61,546 bases of DNA from Actinomycetes bacterium. Lineage in GTDB: Bacteria; Actinomycetota; Acidimicrobiia; Acidimicrobiales; JAJYXR01. Each line of letters begins with the position of its first letter. Position 1 is the first letter of the stretch. The stretch is from NCBI GenBank assembly GCA_021801525.1, contig JAJYXW010000040.1, positions 1-61,546 on the forward strand. Reading direction: 5' to 3'. The translations under genes and the position numbers were made by a program. The notes beneath the pieces are model-generated. The model made no database searches. It saw nothing but the letters and a program-made list of their open reading frames with translations, and had not been told where the DNA came from. Of this stretch, positions 26,980-36,405 are shown piece by piece.

Positions 26980-27968
26980 ACCCCGCGCTCCAGCCACGAG
27001 CGGTACCACGAGACTGTGCGCCCGAGTCCCTCGGCACGACTCGTGGCCGGCTTCCATCCGAGCCGTTCCCGCGCCCTCCCGGCCGAGAGGAACTGCCGCG
27101 AGATCTCTGATGTCGCCCTGGACTCCACGAGCGGCTCCAAGCTCGAGCCGGCAGCCTCGAGGATCTCGCCCACGAGGTCGAGGACGCTCACGGGGCTTTC
27201 GTCGGAGATGTTGAACGCCTCCCCCCCCACCCTGCCTGCATGGATCGCACCCGCGAGAGCGAGGTACGCGGCGGCGGCGTCGCCCACGTAGAGGTAATCG
27301 CGCACAGGGCTACCGTCCGACCGCACCACCGGGCGCGTACCGTCAATGATCGATCGGATCGTGCCGGGGACTATGCGGCTCCAGTTGCGGTCCCCCGGCC
27401 CGTAGAGGTTCCCGCAGCGCGTGACGCACGCGGGCAGGCCGTAAGTCTCGGCATACCCGAGGGTGATCATGTCGGCGCAAGCCTTCGAGATGTCGTATGG
27501 GTGGCGGGCGAGGAGCGGCGCTTCCTCGGGGGTCGGGAGCTCGCTCTGCTCACCATAGGCCTTGTCCGATGATGCCACCACCACCGCCTTCACCCACGGG
27601 CTGCGGCGGCAGGCCTCGAGCAGGTTGTACGTTCCGCGGATGTTCGACTCGAACGTGGCTATCGGGTTCCGATTCGCGAGCGGCACTATCGCCTGCGCCC
27701 CGACGTGCATCACCGTCGATATCTCGTGCTCGTTCAGCACTCGCTCCAGCAGGGCCAGGTCTTCGAGAGATCCCTGCACGCAGGTCGCGCCGTCGATGCG
27801 CGCGCTCGGCCAGAGGTGGTCCTGGACGACCGAGTCGCGTACCAGCGCAACCACTCCTGCTCCTGCCTCACGTAGCAGGCTGAGAAGCCAGCCGCCCAGG
27901 AACCCCGTGGCACCTGTGACGAGGACGCTGGCGCCGGCCCAGTCGAGCTCCTCCAAACGCTCTCTCAC
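26964..27968 (-). CDS. rfbG: NAD-dependent sugar 4,6-dehydratase (CDP-glucose 4,6-dehydratase-like)
   Basis: VLVTGATGFLGGWL, SSDKAY, YDISK catalytic motif. The GTG at 27968 forms a GTGA overlap with the rfbF stop. The gene symbol is assigned from context with rfbF. Confidence 0.6.
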   Translation of the reverse strand: MRERLEELDWAGASVLVTGATGFLGGWLLSLLREAGAGVVALVRDSVVQDHLWPSARIDGATCVQGSLEDLALLERVLNEHEISTVMHVGAQAIVPLANRNPIATFESNIRGTYNLLEACRRSPWVKAVVVASSDKAYGEQSELPTPEEAPLLARHPYDISKACADMITLGYAETYGLPACVTRCGNLYGPGDRNWSRIVPGTIRSIIDGTRPVVRSDGSPVRDYLYVGDAAAAYLALAGAIHAGRVGGEAFNISDESPVSVLDLVGEILEAAGSSLEPLVESRATSEISRQFLSAGRARERLGWKPATSRAEGLGRTVSWYRSWLERGVVETP

Positions 27969-28816
27969 GACGGCCCACCCGCCATCTTCGCTCCCCGGCT
28001 CCAAGCCGCCCAGCGCCGCGCCCAGGGCGCGCCCTGCGCCCAGGCGTCCTCCAGCTGCTCGCGGTCGTGGACGGTGTCCATGCATTGCCAGAACCCACGG
28101 TGGCGGTAAGCAGCCAGCCGCCCTTCCTTCGCGAGCCTCTCCAGGGGATCACGTTCGAGAACGCAGGAGTCGTCGTCGTCGAGGTACTCGAATATCTCCG
28201 GTTCGCAGACGAAGAACCCGCCGTTCACCCAGCTGGCGTCGTGGCGCTCCTTTTCGGCGAAGCGACGCACGAGTGGCCCCTCGAGATCCAAGTCGCCGAA
28301 TCGCGGTGTCGGGGACACGGCAGTGAGCGTCACTACCGCTCCGGCCGACTCGTGAAAGGCGACCAGCTCGTCGATATCCACGTCGGAAAGGCCATCCCCG
28401 TAGGTGAGCAAGAAGCGCGAGCCTTCGACGAGACAGCGCACCCTGGCGAGCCTTGCGCCGGTCATTGCACGCTCGCCGGTGTCCACGCACGAGATGCTCC
28501 AGCCGTCGGCGAAGCTGGCCTCGGCCGATCCTGTAACCCCTTCGCCCAGGTGGACACGCTCCACCCGACCCGAGGAGACGTCGAGTGTGAAGGAGCTGTC
28601 CATCAGCTCGAAGTCGAGCACGAAGCGCTTGATCGCCTCGCCCATATATCCGAGGCACAGCACGAAGCGGTTGCAGCCGAAGGATCCGTACGCCCGCATC
28701 AGGTGCCACAGGATCGGCTTGCCACCTATCGTGACGAGGGGCTTGGGCCGGCTCGACGTCTCCTCTACGAGCCGCGTGCCGAAGCCGCCGCAGAGCACCA
28801 CCACGGGCAGCTGCAC
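27965..28816 (-). CDS. rfbF: glucose-1-phosphate cytidylyltransferase
   Basis: VVVLCGGFGTRLVEETSSRPKPLVTIGGKPILWHLM..GYMG..TGERAMTGARL..LTYGDGLSDVDI..VNGGFFV..GFWQCMDTVHD. GTG start at 28816. The 160-aa N-terminal extension in the ORF track was rejected. Confidence 0.85.
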   Translation of the reverse strand: MQLPVVVLCGGFGTRLVEETSSRPKPLVTIGGKPILWHLMRAYGSFGCNRFVLCLGYMGEAIKRFVLDFELMDSSFTLDVSSGRVERVHLGEGVTGSAEASFADGWSISCVDTGERAMTGARLARVRCLVEGSRFLLTYGDGLSDVDIDELVAFHESAGAVVTLTAVSPTPRFGDLDLEGPLVRRFAEKERHDASWVNGGFFVCEPEIFEYLDDDDSCVLERDPLERLAKEGRLAAYRHRGFWQCMDTVHDREQLEDAWAQGAPWARRWAAWSRGAKMAGGPS

Positions 28817-28908
28817 CGCCAGACCGGCCTGTGCAGCCAGACCAGCCGGGACCGGCTGAGCGGCTTGTGTATCGTGCTCCGCCGCAGCAGCACCCGAGCG
28901 AGCCGCGA

Positions 28909-29877
28909 TCACAGCGGACCTCCGGCTGTCCCCAAAGCCGGCTTGGCAAGCACCGCCACCGTTGGAACTCCCCTTCCTCGGCACATCAGATCTCCGAGGA
29001 CCCGGCCAAGGCTCTGGCGTACCGGTGGGTGCGCGCTCCCGAACGGCGTGGCATACGGGCGTGTGGACTCGACGACGTCGAAACCTGCCACCTCGATCAT
29101 CCTGCTCACACCGAGGCGACTCGGCACGAGCCACTGGCCTATCTCGCCCCTCAGGCTGAAGGCACCTCGACGCCGGTCGAGGAGGGTGAGGCGTGGATCG
29201 ATCTGCTCTATGGACAAGAACCATTTCCGGCAAACGCCACGGATCGCCTCGAGGGCCCTGAACGGGTCTCGAAGGTGGAGCATGAGCCACCCGCAAACGA
29301 CCACGTCGAAGGTGCCCAGGCTCGCAGGGCTCAGGTCGTAGACGCTCGTGACGCGCCTCTTCACCGACGAGCCCAGAGCTGCAGCCGCCACTTCGAAGCT
29401 GCGACCCTTGGCCCCCGACAAGGCGCTCAGCCCCGCCGGCCCGCTCTCGCGCTCGCGCGGGAGCCAGTCCCAGTCCTCGTGGTCGGCGATGTCCACGGAC
29501 ACCACCTCGGCCGCTCCCCGCCGTTCGAGCTCGAACGCTAGGAAGCCGTCGGAGCTCGCGACGTCTAAGCAGCGAAGGCCCCGTACGTCAGGCCAGGGAG
29601 CCCGCGCGGCCACCGTGCGCAAGTCGAACCACCCGGGCGTGACCACACCGGGAGCCAGCTCGATCGTGTGGTACCACAATGGCACCTCGGCGACGGCGCG
29701 CCGAAGGTCACCTCTTGTTCCTGGGGTCAGGTTGCCTGCCGCCTCGATCACCACCTCGTCGTTCTCCCCCGTGCTCGGGTATTGCTCGCGAACGCCGCCC
29801 TCGGAGAGGTCTCCCGTGGAGGCTCTCTCCGGCAGGTGGCCGCGCGATGCGTGGCTGTCCGTACAGGAAACCGCCAC
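28909..29877 (-). CDS. class I SAM-dependent methyltransferase (CmoB/DUF1698-like)
   Basis: WYHTIELAPGVVTPGWFD..RCLDVASSDGFLAFELERRGA..VVSVDI..FDVVVCGWLMLHLRDP. Confidence 0.7.
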   Translation of the reverse strand: MAVSCTDSHASRGHLPERASTGDLSEGGVREQYPSTGENDEVVIEAAGNLTPGTRGDLRRAVAEVPLWYHTIELAPGVVTPGWFDLRTVAARAPWPDVRGLRCLDVASSDGFLAFELERRGAAEVVSVDIADHEDWDWLPRERESGPAGLSALSGAKGRSFEVAAAALGSSVKRRVTSVYDLSPASLGTFDVVVCGWLMLHLRDPFRALEAIRGVCRKWFLSIEQIDPRLTLLDRRRGAFSLRGEIGQWLVPSRLGVSRMIEVAGFDVVESTRPYATPFGSAHPPVRQSLGRVLGDLMCRGRGVPTVAVLAKPALGTAGGPL

Positions 29878-30018
29878 GGGCGGTCGAACTTGCGGCCCTC
29901 ACCGCTGCGCCTGCAATACGGTCCACTGCCTCGCTCGATCTCTGCACAGGTCGCCCTCCACGCAGTTCACCCTCTGCACAGCGAGCTTCAACAAGAACAG
30001 GTTCCGGGGCGGCGTCGC

Positions 30019-31257
30019 TCAGCCGAGAACGGCCTCCCAGCGCGGACGGAGGGCTTCTGGCGCGAAGCAGGCCTCGTAGCGCCGGCGAGCGGCGGCACGC
30101 AGTCGCTCGAGATCGCCGCGGTCGGCTGCCAGCCCCCGCAACACCTCTCCGAGCGCTCCGGCGTCTCCCGGCTCCACGAGAAGCGCGGCATCGCCCGTGA
30201 TCTCCTTCACCGTTCCGATCGTCGAGCCGACTATGGCGACGCCTGCCCGCATCGCTTCGATGAACGTCACACCGAGCGTCTCGTATCGTGCGGGCATCAC
30301 GAGCACGTCAGCTCCGGCAAGGAGGGTGGCCACACTGCGGGGGGGCATGCTCGGGTGCCAAACCACTCGCGGAGAGAACGCGCCGACCGGTTCATGGCCG
30401 ACCACGTGGAGCACCATCCCCTCGACTGCCTCTACTGCCTGGAGCACCTCGGGCAGGCCCTTCAGCCAGCCCCACGAGCCCACGTGCACTGCCACCAGCG
30501 AGGCGCCGCTCTTCCGAGTCGCCTCGCCCCCCCCTGGGAATCTCAGCTTCGCAGGTGGCTCGCCTTCAGGGTCGGCAAGGTCGAGGATCGGCGGGATGAC
30601 CACGACCTTCCCGCTGTCCACGCCCGCCCGCAGCAGGTTGTCAGCGCCATAGTCGCTCCAGCAGACGACGAGGTCCGCTCGTCGGGCAAGGTCACACTGG
30701 AGTCTCGTGTGCAAGTCGCGGACGCGCTCGGCCTCGCCGCCCTGTCGCCAGTTCCAGATCTCGGGAATGACCCCGTTCGTGCTCCAGACAACCGGGGGAC
30801 GCGATGGCCAGGTGAGCACTCCGCGCAGGTGGCTGTAGACGACGTCTACCTCGCGCTTCGCCCATATCGGATCGACGTGCGCAAGTGCCCGCGCATGCCG
30901 CCCTGCACGCGAGCCGATAGACCTACCAAGCTGCACGGGATCGGCCCAGGTCGCACGTGCCCGGCTCGCTGTTGCCCGGCTCGCTGTTGCCCGGCTCGCT
31001 GTTGCCCGGCTCGCTGTTGCCCGGCTCGCATCACGTGGCTCTGGCGTCTTTCGAGCTGCGAGGTCTCGAGCACTTCGCAGAGCCCGGATCACTACCTCGT
31101 CGGCGTGTGGCACCAGCCTTGCCGTGAGCAGACGCGCCTCTAGGTTCTCCCATCGTGTCCACGCCATCGCTCCATGGACTGCGACGTCCCAGGCCACCGG
31201 GCCCACCCGTGCTCGCTCGACCTCGCGTGCGGTCGCGTTCAGGAGAACCTGGCGCAC
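30019..31257 (-). CDS. glycosyltransferase, GT4-like, with an in-frame repeat insertion
   Basis: C-terminal ..VLVMPARYETLGVTFIEAMRAGVAIVGSTIGTVKEI..LLVEPGD. Confidence 0.75.
   Translation of the reverse strand: MRQVLLNATAREVERARVGPVAWDVAVHGAMAWTRWENLEARLLTARLVPHADEVVIRALRSARDLAARKTPEPRDASRATASRATASRATASRATASRARATWADPVQLGRSIGSRAGRHARALAHVDPIWAKREVDVVYSHLRGVLTWPSRPPVVWSTNGVIPEIWNWRQGGEAERVRDLHTRLQCDLARRADLVVCWSDYGADNLLRAGVDSGKVVVIPPILDLADPEGEPPAKLRFPGGGEATRKSGASLVAVHVGSWGWLKGLPEVLQAVEAVEGMVLHVVGHEPVGAFSPRVVWHPSMPPRSVATLLAGADVLVMPARYETLGVTFIEAMRAGVAIVGSTIGTVKEITGDAALLVEPGDAGALGEVLRGLAADRGDLERLRAAARRRYEACFAPEALRPRWEAVLG
30961..31029. repeat. 15-bp tandem repeat, about 4.6 copies (CCGGCTCGCTGTTGC), in frame in the GT4 gene
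   Basis: Encodes (SRATA) about 4 times near residue 80. Confidence 0.9.
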
Positions 31258-31263
31258 GACCGA

Positions 31264-32748
31264 TCACGAGGTCGCTTCGTCGGGCCAGCCCCTGCGAATC
31301 GCTGCAAGGGCTGCGAGCAGCACGAAGAAGAGCTCCGGCGGTGCATAGAACGTGTAGACGTCTGCAACCCCACCCATGAGCGCCCATGCCTCTACGACCG
31401 CGATCAACCCAAGCACGAGGACCCGGTCACGCTGCTCGCGTGCGGCCGCGAAGGCCTTCCAGCCGGTGCCATATGCACGCACGAGCAGGAGCACGATCGC
31501 GCCCAGGCCGAGGATCCCCATGCTGCCGAGCGTCCCGAGGTAGGAGTCGTCGAGCGTCGCATGGGGGGTCATCACCTTTGTCAGCTCGCCGTATCCGAAG
31601 GTACGCGGCCCGTAACCGAGCAGGGGACGCTTGGAAACCGCGTGGAGTACCGGCCCGACCTCCTGCAGGCGGTGGTTGACGGTGTTGCTCGCCTGGGACC
31701 CCGGTTTCAGGACCCACATGGCAAAGACGATGTGGCGCACTCCTGGCTGGGTCGCCAAGAGTAGGAGGCCCCCGACCGCCACCGCCAGAGCGAGGGTTAT
31801 TCTCATACGGCGCGTTGGAGCGAAGAGCATGAACGTGACCAATGTGCTGGCCGCGAGCACGAGCGTGGAGCGCGCGAAGGTGAAAAGCATCGCAAGCACG
31901 TCCAGGCCGGACACGAGCACCCAGCCGAGGCGCGAACTGCCCCGCTCGCGCAGGGCAAATGCGATCGCCAGTGGCAGGCCCATCCCGAGCACCACCCCGA
32001 AGGAGAGGGGCTGCGCGAAAGTGGAGTGTGCTCGGGCCTCTCCCCGGTAGAGCGCGCTCGCCTGGCTGAGCGCGTTGATCGTCGCGTTCACATGCGCGGG
32101 AAGCACCGGAGCGAGGTATTGGAAGATGTTGCGCCCGGTGAAGTGCTCTATGACACCGAACACCGCCGTCACGCCAACCAGCAGCGCGACGAAGCGCAGT
32201 AGCTTCTCGGCCCTCTCCCGGGTGTCGAGGACGCTCGCGACGATCCAGAAGAGCAAGAAGAAGTCCACGCCGAAGACGAGCGTCCTCCGGAACATCCCGA
32301 CCAGCTCGTAGTGGTCGAGGAGGGGCGCGTTCAATGCCGTAGACGCGGCCAGCACGCCGAGCACGGCGACCATCGGCACGTCGAGCTTCGTCCGCCTGAA
32401 GCGGATATTCGTTCCGGGTCGCCGGAGAGCGACAAGCCAGCCTGCAGCCAGGACGAACAGGAAGAAGCGCCCGATCGTGATGGTCGATCCGCCCACGTAG
32501 AGGGCGAACGGCGTTGGGAACAGCAACGTGAGCGCGATCACCAGCAGGGTCCCGTGCCATGGACTCCCGAGGCACAGGGCGATCCCCGCCAGCACCAGCA
32601 CAACAGCGACTACGGCGGCCGGCAGCGCAGCTCCCACCACCACGCAGAGCGCGACGACGCCGAGGACCGTTATCACCGCGCCGATCCGGCGTTTCCTCGT
32701 AGGTTCGAAAGCTGCGAGCTCCGGCGTCTCGAGCACGCCTTTCAGCAC
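31264..32748 (-). CDS. O-antigen ligase/polymerase-family membrane protein (Wzy-like)
   Basis: 494 aa with about 10-12 TM segments. A large loop is followed by ..FTFARSTLVLAASTLVTFMLF.. as in Wzy_C-type proteins. It sits in a polysaccharide gene context. Confidence 0.6.
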   Translation of the reverse strand: MLKGVLETPELAAFEPTRKRRIGAVITVLGVVALCVVVGAALPAAVVAVVLVLAGIALCLGSPWHGTLLVIALTLLFPTPFALYVGGSTITIGRFFLFVLAAGWLVALRRPGTNIRFRRTKLDVPMVAVLGVLAASTALNAPLLDHYELVGMFRRTLVFGVDFFLLFWIVASVLDTRERAEKLLRFVALLVGVTAVFGVIEHFTGRNIFQYLAPVLPAHVNATINALSQASALYRGEARAHSTFAQPLSFGVVLGMGLPLAIAFALRERGSSRLGWVLVSGLDVLAMLFTFARSTLVLAASTLVTFMLFAPTRRMRITLALAVAVGGLLLLATQPGVRHIVFAMWVLKPGSQASNTVNHRLQEVGPVLHAVSKRPLLGYGPRTFGYGELTKVMTPHATLDDSYLGTLGSMGILGLGAIVLLLVRAYGTGWKAFAAAREQRDRVLVLGLIAVVEAWALMGGVADVYTFYAPPELFFVLLAALAAIRRGWPDEATS

Positions 32749-32816
32749 CGTGCCGGCTCCTCAGCCCCGGTACTGGCCGCCAGGCGGCCCTATCCTCCCG
32801 AGGGGCGCGAGCGTCA

Positions 32817-33485
32817 TCACGAGCGGTCGAGCACGACGGCTGCCGCGACCGAGAAGAGGAGCCCTATCACCAAGGCGAGGAGGATCGTCCGGGACGCGTG
32901 CGAAGCGACCTTGGTCGCCACCGGACGCTGGAGCGTGATCGCCGCAAAACGCGTTGCACCCGTCGCCACCCCCTGGCTGAGCACTCCGAGCGCTCCGTTC
33001 AACTGGGCGACAAGATCGTTGGCCACGGCCGTGGTGTCGTGGGCGCTCGGCATGTGGACGGCGATATCGAGCGTGATTGTCGACGTGACGGTCGTCACTT
33101 GGACCGCCGAGCGCAGCGCAGACACCGGCTCGGAAAGTCCCACCTGTCGACGCACCGCCGCGAGCACCGAATGGCTCACAGCCAGCGCAGCAATGGTCGG
33201 CATGAGGCTCGAGATCTCCTGGACGCTGGCCAGACCTGCCGTGGGGACGCCGCCAAGGGCAGGCTGATCGATGAGCACAACTGCCGTCGCGTCATAGCCG
33301 GTCGGCGCTCCGGCGGAGGCGAATATACCCACCAGCAGCGCCACTACGACACACCCAGCCACTAGCAGCCTCCAGCGCCGCAGGATCCCGAAGAATCGCC
33401 GCATGCCACCAGCGACGTCGCTCATGACGGAGTCCGAAGCGCCGGCTCGTTCACCTTCTATCACTGGATCACTGTAGATAGTCAT
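32817..33485 (-). CDS. Wzz-like chain-length-determinant protein (two TM, short), tentative
   Basis: ATG at 33485. N-terminal TM (LLVAGCVVVALLVGIFA) followed by ..YDATAVVLIDQP... C-terminal TM (ILLALVIGLLFSVAAAVVL). Confidence 0.45.
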   Translation of the reverse strand: MTIYSDPVIEGERAGASDSVMSDVAGGMRRFFGILRRWRLLVAGCVVVALLVGIFASAGAPTGYDATAVVLIDQPALGGVPTAGLASVQEISSLMPTIAALAVSHSVLAAVRRQVGLSEPVSALRSAVQVTTVTSTITLDIAVHMPSAHDTTAVANDLVAQLNGALGVLSQGVATGATRFAAITLQRPVATKVASHASRTILLALVIGLLFSVAAAVVLDRS

Positions 33486-33719
33486 GTTGGCCTCAGCTGC
33501 CCCTGGCACCCGCACAGCCGGCAGAGGTCGCCCGCGGGCCGCGACGAGAGCGCGCCGTAGTGCGATCCGGTTCTCTCCACGACCTGCACTGCCGGCAGCC
33601 GGCACGACGTCGCCACCCTGAGCGGCGGGTATTTCCCGCTGTGACAGGTAACGCCCTGGAAGCAGTTATCTTGCGCCACGAATAGTGATCCACCGACACG
33701 TGAAGCCAGTTCGAGCTCG

Positions 33720-35516
33720 TCAGACCCGGCGGCCTCGCAGGCGACGATAGGCGCCAACCAGCCCGTTCGTCGAGCCGTCGTGCCGGGCGGCAGGTGGGGC
33801 CTCCGAGGAAAGGTCGGGTGCAAGGTCTCTGGCCATCTCCTTGCCGAGCTCCACCCCCCACTGGTCGAAGGAGTCGATGCCCCAGAGCGCCCCCTCCGTG
33901 AACACCGTGTGCTCGTAGAGCGCAACGAGCTGGCCGAGCACCGACGGGCTGAGCCTCGGCGCGAGGATGGTGTTGCTCGGCCTATTGCCCGGCATGACCT
34001 TGGGAGCGATAAGCGGAGCTGGCACTCCTTTGCTCGCGAGCTCCGCCGCGTCTCGTCCGAAGGCAAGGGCTGCAGACTGAGCGAAGCAGTTTGCGACCAG
34101 AAGGTCGTGCTGGTCTCCCTCGTCGTGAGCCGGCTCCGCGAAGCAGATGAAATCCGCGGGCACCAGTCGCGTGCCCTGGTGTAGAAGCTGATAAAAGGCA
34201 TGCTGGCCGTTTGTGCCGGGCTCGCCCCAGAAGACCTCGCCCGTGTCGTAGTCGACGGGCCGACCGTCGGAGCGCACCGACTTGCCGTTGGACTCCATCG
34301 TGAGCTGCTGTAGGTACGCGGGGAAACGAGCGAGGCGTTGAGCATAGGGCAGCACTGCGTGGGACTGTGCTCCGAAGAAGTTGGAATACCATGCGTTCAG
34401 CATCCCGAGGACGACAGGCATGTTCTCGGCAAGCGGGGAGCTGCGGAAGTGCTCGTCGAGGGTATGAAACCCTGTGAGCATCTCCCCGAAGCGCTCCCGG
34501 CCTATCGCCACCATCAACGTGAAGCCGATTGCCGAGTCGACCGAATAGCGTCCTCCGACCCAGTCCCAGAACTCGAGCATGTTGGCAGTATCTATGCCGA
34601 ACGCCCCAACCTCCCTGGCATTGGTCGACACAGCGACGAAGTGGCGCGCAACCGCCTCGCTACCCGCTCCGATGCCATCGAGCAGCCACCTGCGCGCGGC
34701 GGCCGCGTTCGTGAGGGTCTCCAGGGTGGTGAAGGTCTTGGACGAGACGACGAAGAGCGTCTCGGCTGGGTCCAGGCCCTCCGTCTTCGAGCGGAGGTCT
34801 ACCGGGTCCACGTTCGAGACGAAACGCACGCTGAGCGCCGGATCTGCAAAGTCCCGGAGTGCCTCGTATGCCATGGCAGGCCCGAGGTCGGAGCCGCCTA
34901 TGCCTATGTTGACGACGTTTCTGATCGGCTTTCCCGTATGGCCGAGCCAGGCTCCGCCGCGGATCGAGTCCGAGAGCCGACCCATGCGGTCGAGCACCTC
35001 GTGCACATCGGCGACCACGTCGCGGCCGGCTATGTAGAGGTGAGTACCCCTGGGCATCCGGAGGGCCACGTGCAGGGCAGGCCTGTCCTCGGAGGTGTTC
35101 ACGTGCTCGCCCGCGAACATCGCCGCGACGCGCTCCTCCAAGCCGGCTCGCCTAGCCAGAGCCATGAGCAGGCCTAGCGTCTCGCTCGTGGCGCGGTGCT
35201 TCGAGTAGTCGAGCAGGAGGTCGCCAGCCGCGACCCGCATTTCCTCGGCGCGGCCGGGTTCCTCTGCGAAGAGCTCCCGAAGGTGCCTGGGCGCGATCCG
35301 CCTCTGGTGGGCCTCGAGTGCCCTCCACTCCTCCGTCTGCGAGATCACCAGGGTCTTGGTGCTGCCATTGGCCTCTGTGCTGCCATTGGCGTCTTTGCTC
35401 CCCCCCGAGTCGGTGTTGCCATTGGGATCGTTCACGGCAACACCTTCGCACACGAGCGGGCGAGGCTTCGCAATCCGAGAGGCCCCGGGGCGACGCTCCA
35501 GGTTCTCCCCGTACAA
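33720..35516 (-). CDS. pgi: glucose-6-phosphate isomerase
   Basis: Conserved Pgi sequence from ..[13 protein letters not shown].. through ..GIGGSDLGP.. and ..[10 protein letters not shown]... The first ~55 codons are low-complexity ([22 protein letters not shown]). The GTG at 35348 is an alternative start. Confidence 0.9.
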   Translation of the reverse strand: MYGENLERRPGASRIAKPRPLVCEGVAVNDPNGNTDSGGSKDANGSTEANGSTKTLVISQTEEWRALEAHQRRIAPRHLRELFAEEPGRAEEMRVAAGDLLLDYSKHRATSETLGLLMALARRAGLEERVAAMFAGEHVNTSEDRPALHVALRMPRGTHLYIAGRDVVADVHEVLDRMGRLSDSIRGGAWLGHTGKPIRNVVNIGIGGSDLGPAMAYEALRDFADPALSVRFVSNVDPVDLRSKTEGLDPAETLFVVSSKTFTTLETLTNAAAARRWLLDGIGAGSEAVARHFVAVSTNAREVGAFGIDTANMLEFWDWVGGRYSVDSAIGFTLMVAIGRERFGEMLTGFHTLDEHFRSSPLAENMPVVLGMLNAWYSNFFGAQSHAVLPYAQRLARFPAYLQQLTMESNGKSVRSDGRPVDYDTGEVFWGEPGTNGQHAFYQLLHQGTRLVPADFICFAEPAHDEGDQHDLLVANCFAQSAALAFGRDAAELASKGVPAPLIAPKVMPGNRPSNTILAPRLSPSVLGQLVALYEHTVFTEGALWGIDSFDQWGVELGKEMARDLAPDLSSEAPPAARHDGSTNGLVGAYRRLRGRRV

Positions 35517-35545
35517 TTGCTCGAGTGCGACAGGAACCTCTATTG

Positions 35546-36352
35546 GTGAGCAGAGACAGCGGCCCGGTGGACCTCCGGGGGGTGAGGGTAGTAGTCACCG
35601 GCGCAACCAGCGGGCTCGGCGCCGCGATGGCCGATGCCCTGCTCGAAGCGGGCGCCACCGTTGCGATGGCGGCGCGACCCGGCCCCCGGCTCGACGAAGC
35701 AGTCCGCCGCCGGAGCGCCGCCGGGCTCAGCGCGCAGGCGATGCCACTCGACGTACGCGTCGCGGCCTCCGTGGAAGAAGCAGCTCGGAGCATCCTCGAT
35801 CAATGGGGGGGCGTAGACCTTGTAGTCAACAACGCCGGCATCGGCATGCGGACGGTGAACCCCCGCTTCTTCGACGACCCGCGGCCGTTCTTCGAGGTCT
35901 CACCCGAGGGCTTTGCCGACGTTATTGCCACCAACTTGACCGGCTACTTCCTGGTGGCCCGTGCCTTCGCTACCGCTTTCGTCGAGCAGCGCCAAGGGCG
36001 CTTCGTGAACATCTCCATGAACCACGAGACCATGCGGCGAAGAGGATTCGTTCCCTACGGTCCCTCGCGTGCCGGAGCCGAGGCGCTGAGCCTCATAATG
36101 ACCGCGGATCTGGAACCATACGGGATCACGGTGAACATGCTGCTCCCCGGGGGCGCCACGGACACGGGGATGATCCCCGACACCATGGAGGACGCGACCA
36201 GGCGCTCCCTACTCCGTCCTCAGGTCATGGGACCACCGGTGGTGTTCCTCGCCTCGTCCGAAGCAACAGGCGTCACTGGCGAGCGCATCGTCGCGAAGGA
36301 CTTCGACGCCTGGCTCGCCGCCTTCCGGTCCCGAGCACGAGCCGACGGGTGA
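35546..36352 (+). CDS. SDR-family oxidoreductase
   Basis: The GTG at 35546 gives ..[17 protein letters not shown]..; NNAG motif; classical SDR length. Confidence 0.8.
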   Translation: MSRDSGPVDLRGVRVVVTGATSGLGAAMADALLEAGATVAMAARPGPRLDEAVRRRSAAGLSAQAMPLDVRVAASVEEAARSILDQWGGVDLVVNNAGIGMRTVNPRFFDDPRPFFEVSPEGFADVIATNLTGYFLVARAFATAFVEQRQGRFVNISMNHETMRRRGFVPYGPSRAGAEALSLIMTADLEPYGITVNMLLPGGATDTGMIPDTMEDATRRSLLRPQVMGPPVVFLASSEATGVTGERIVAKDFDAWLAAFRSRARADG

Positions 36353-36405
36353 AGCGCTGAATGACAAATCTTGTCGATCCCAACGGTCACGTCGCCGGCA
36401 AGCCA

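Noticed and set aside
27965-29296. 443-aa ORF taken as an extended RfbF, and the 373-aa form of the dehydratase (start 28085).
   Set aside because: The N-terminal extensions are low-complexity and overlap the neighbouring genes. Conserved sequence begins at GTG 28816 (rfbF) and at GTG 27968 (dehydratase, GTGA-coupled).
33486-33719. Riboswitch (for example c-di-GMP) upstream of the Wzz-like gene, and in 1400-1839.
   Set aside because: I could not find the conserved cores of any riboswitch class I know by eye. The regions are kept only as low-interest leader regions.
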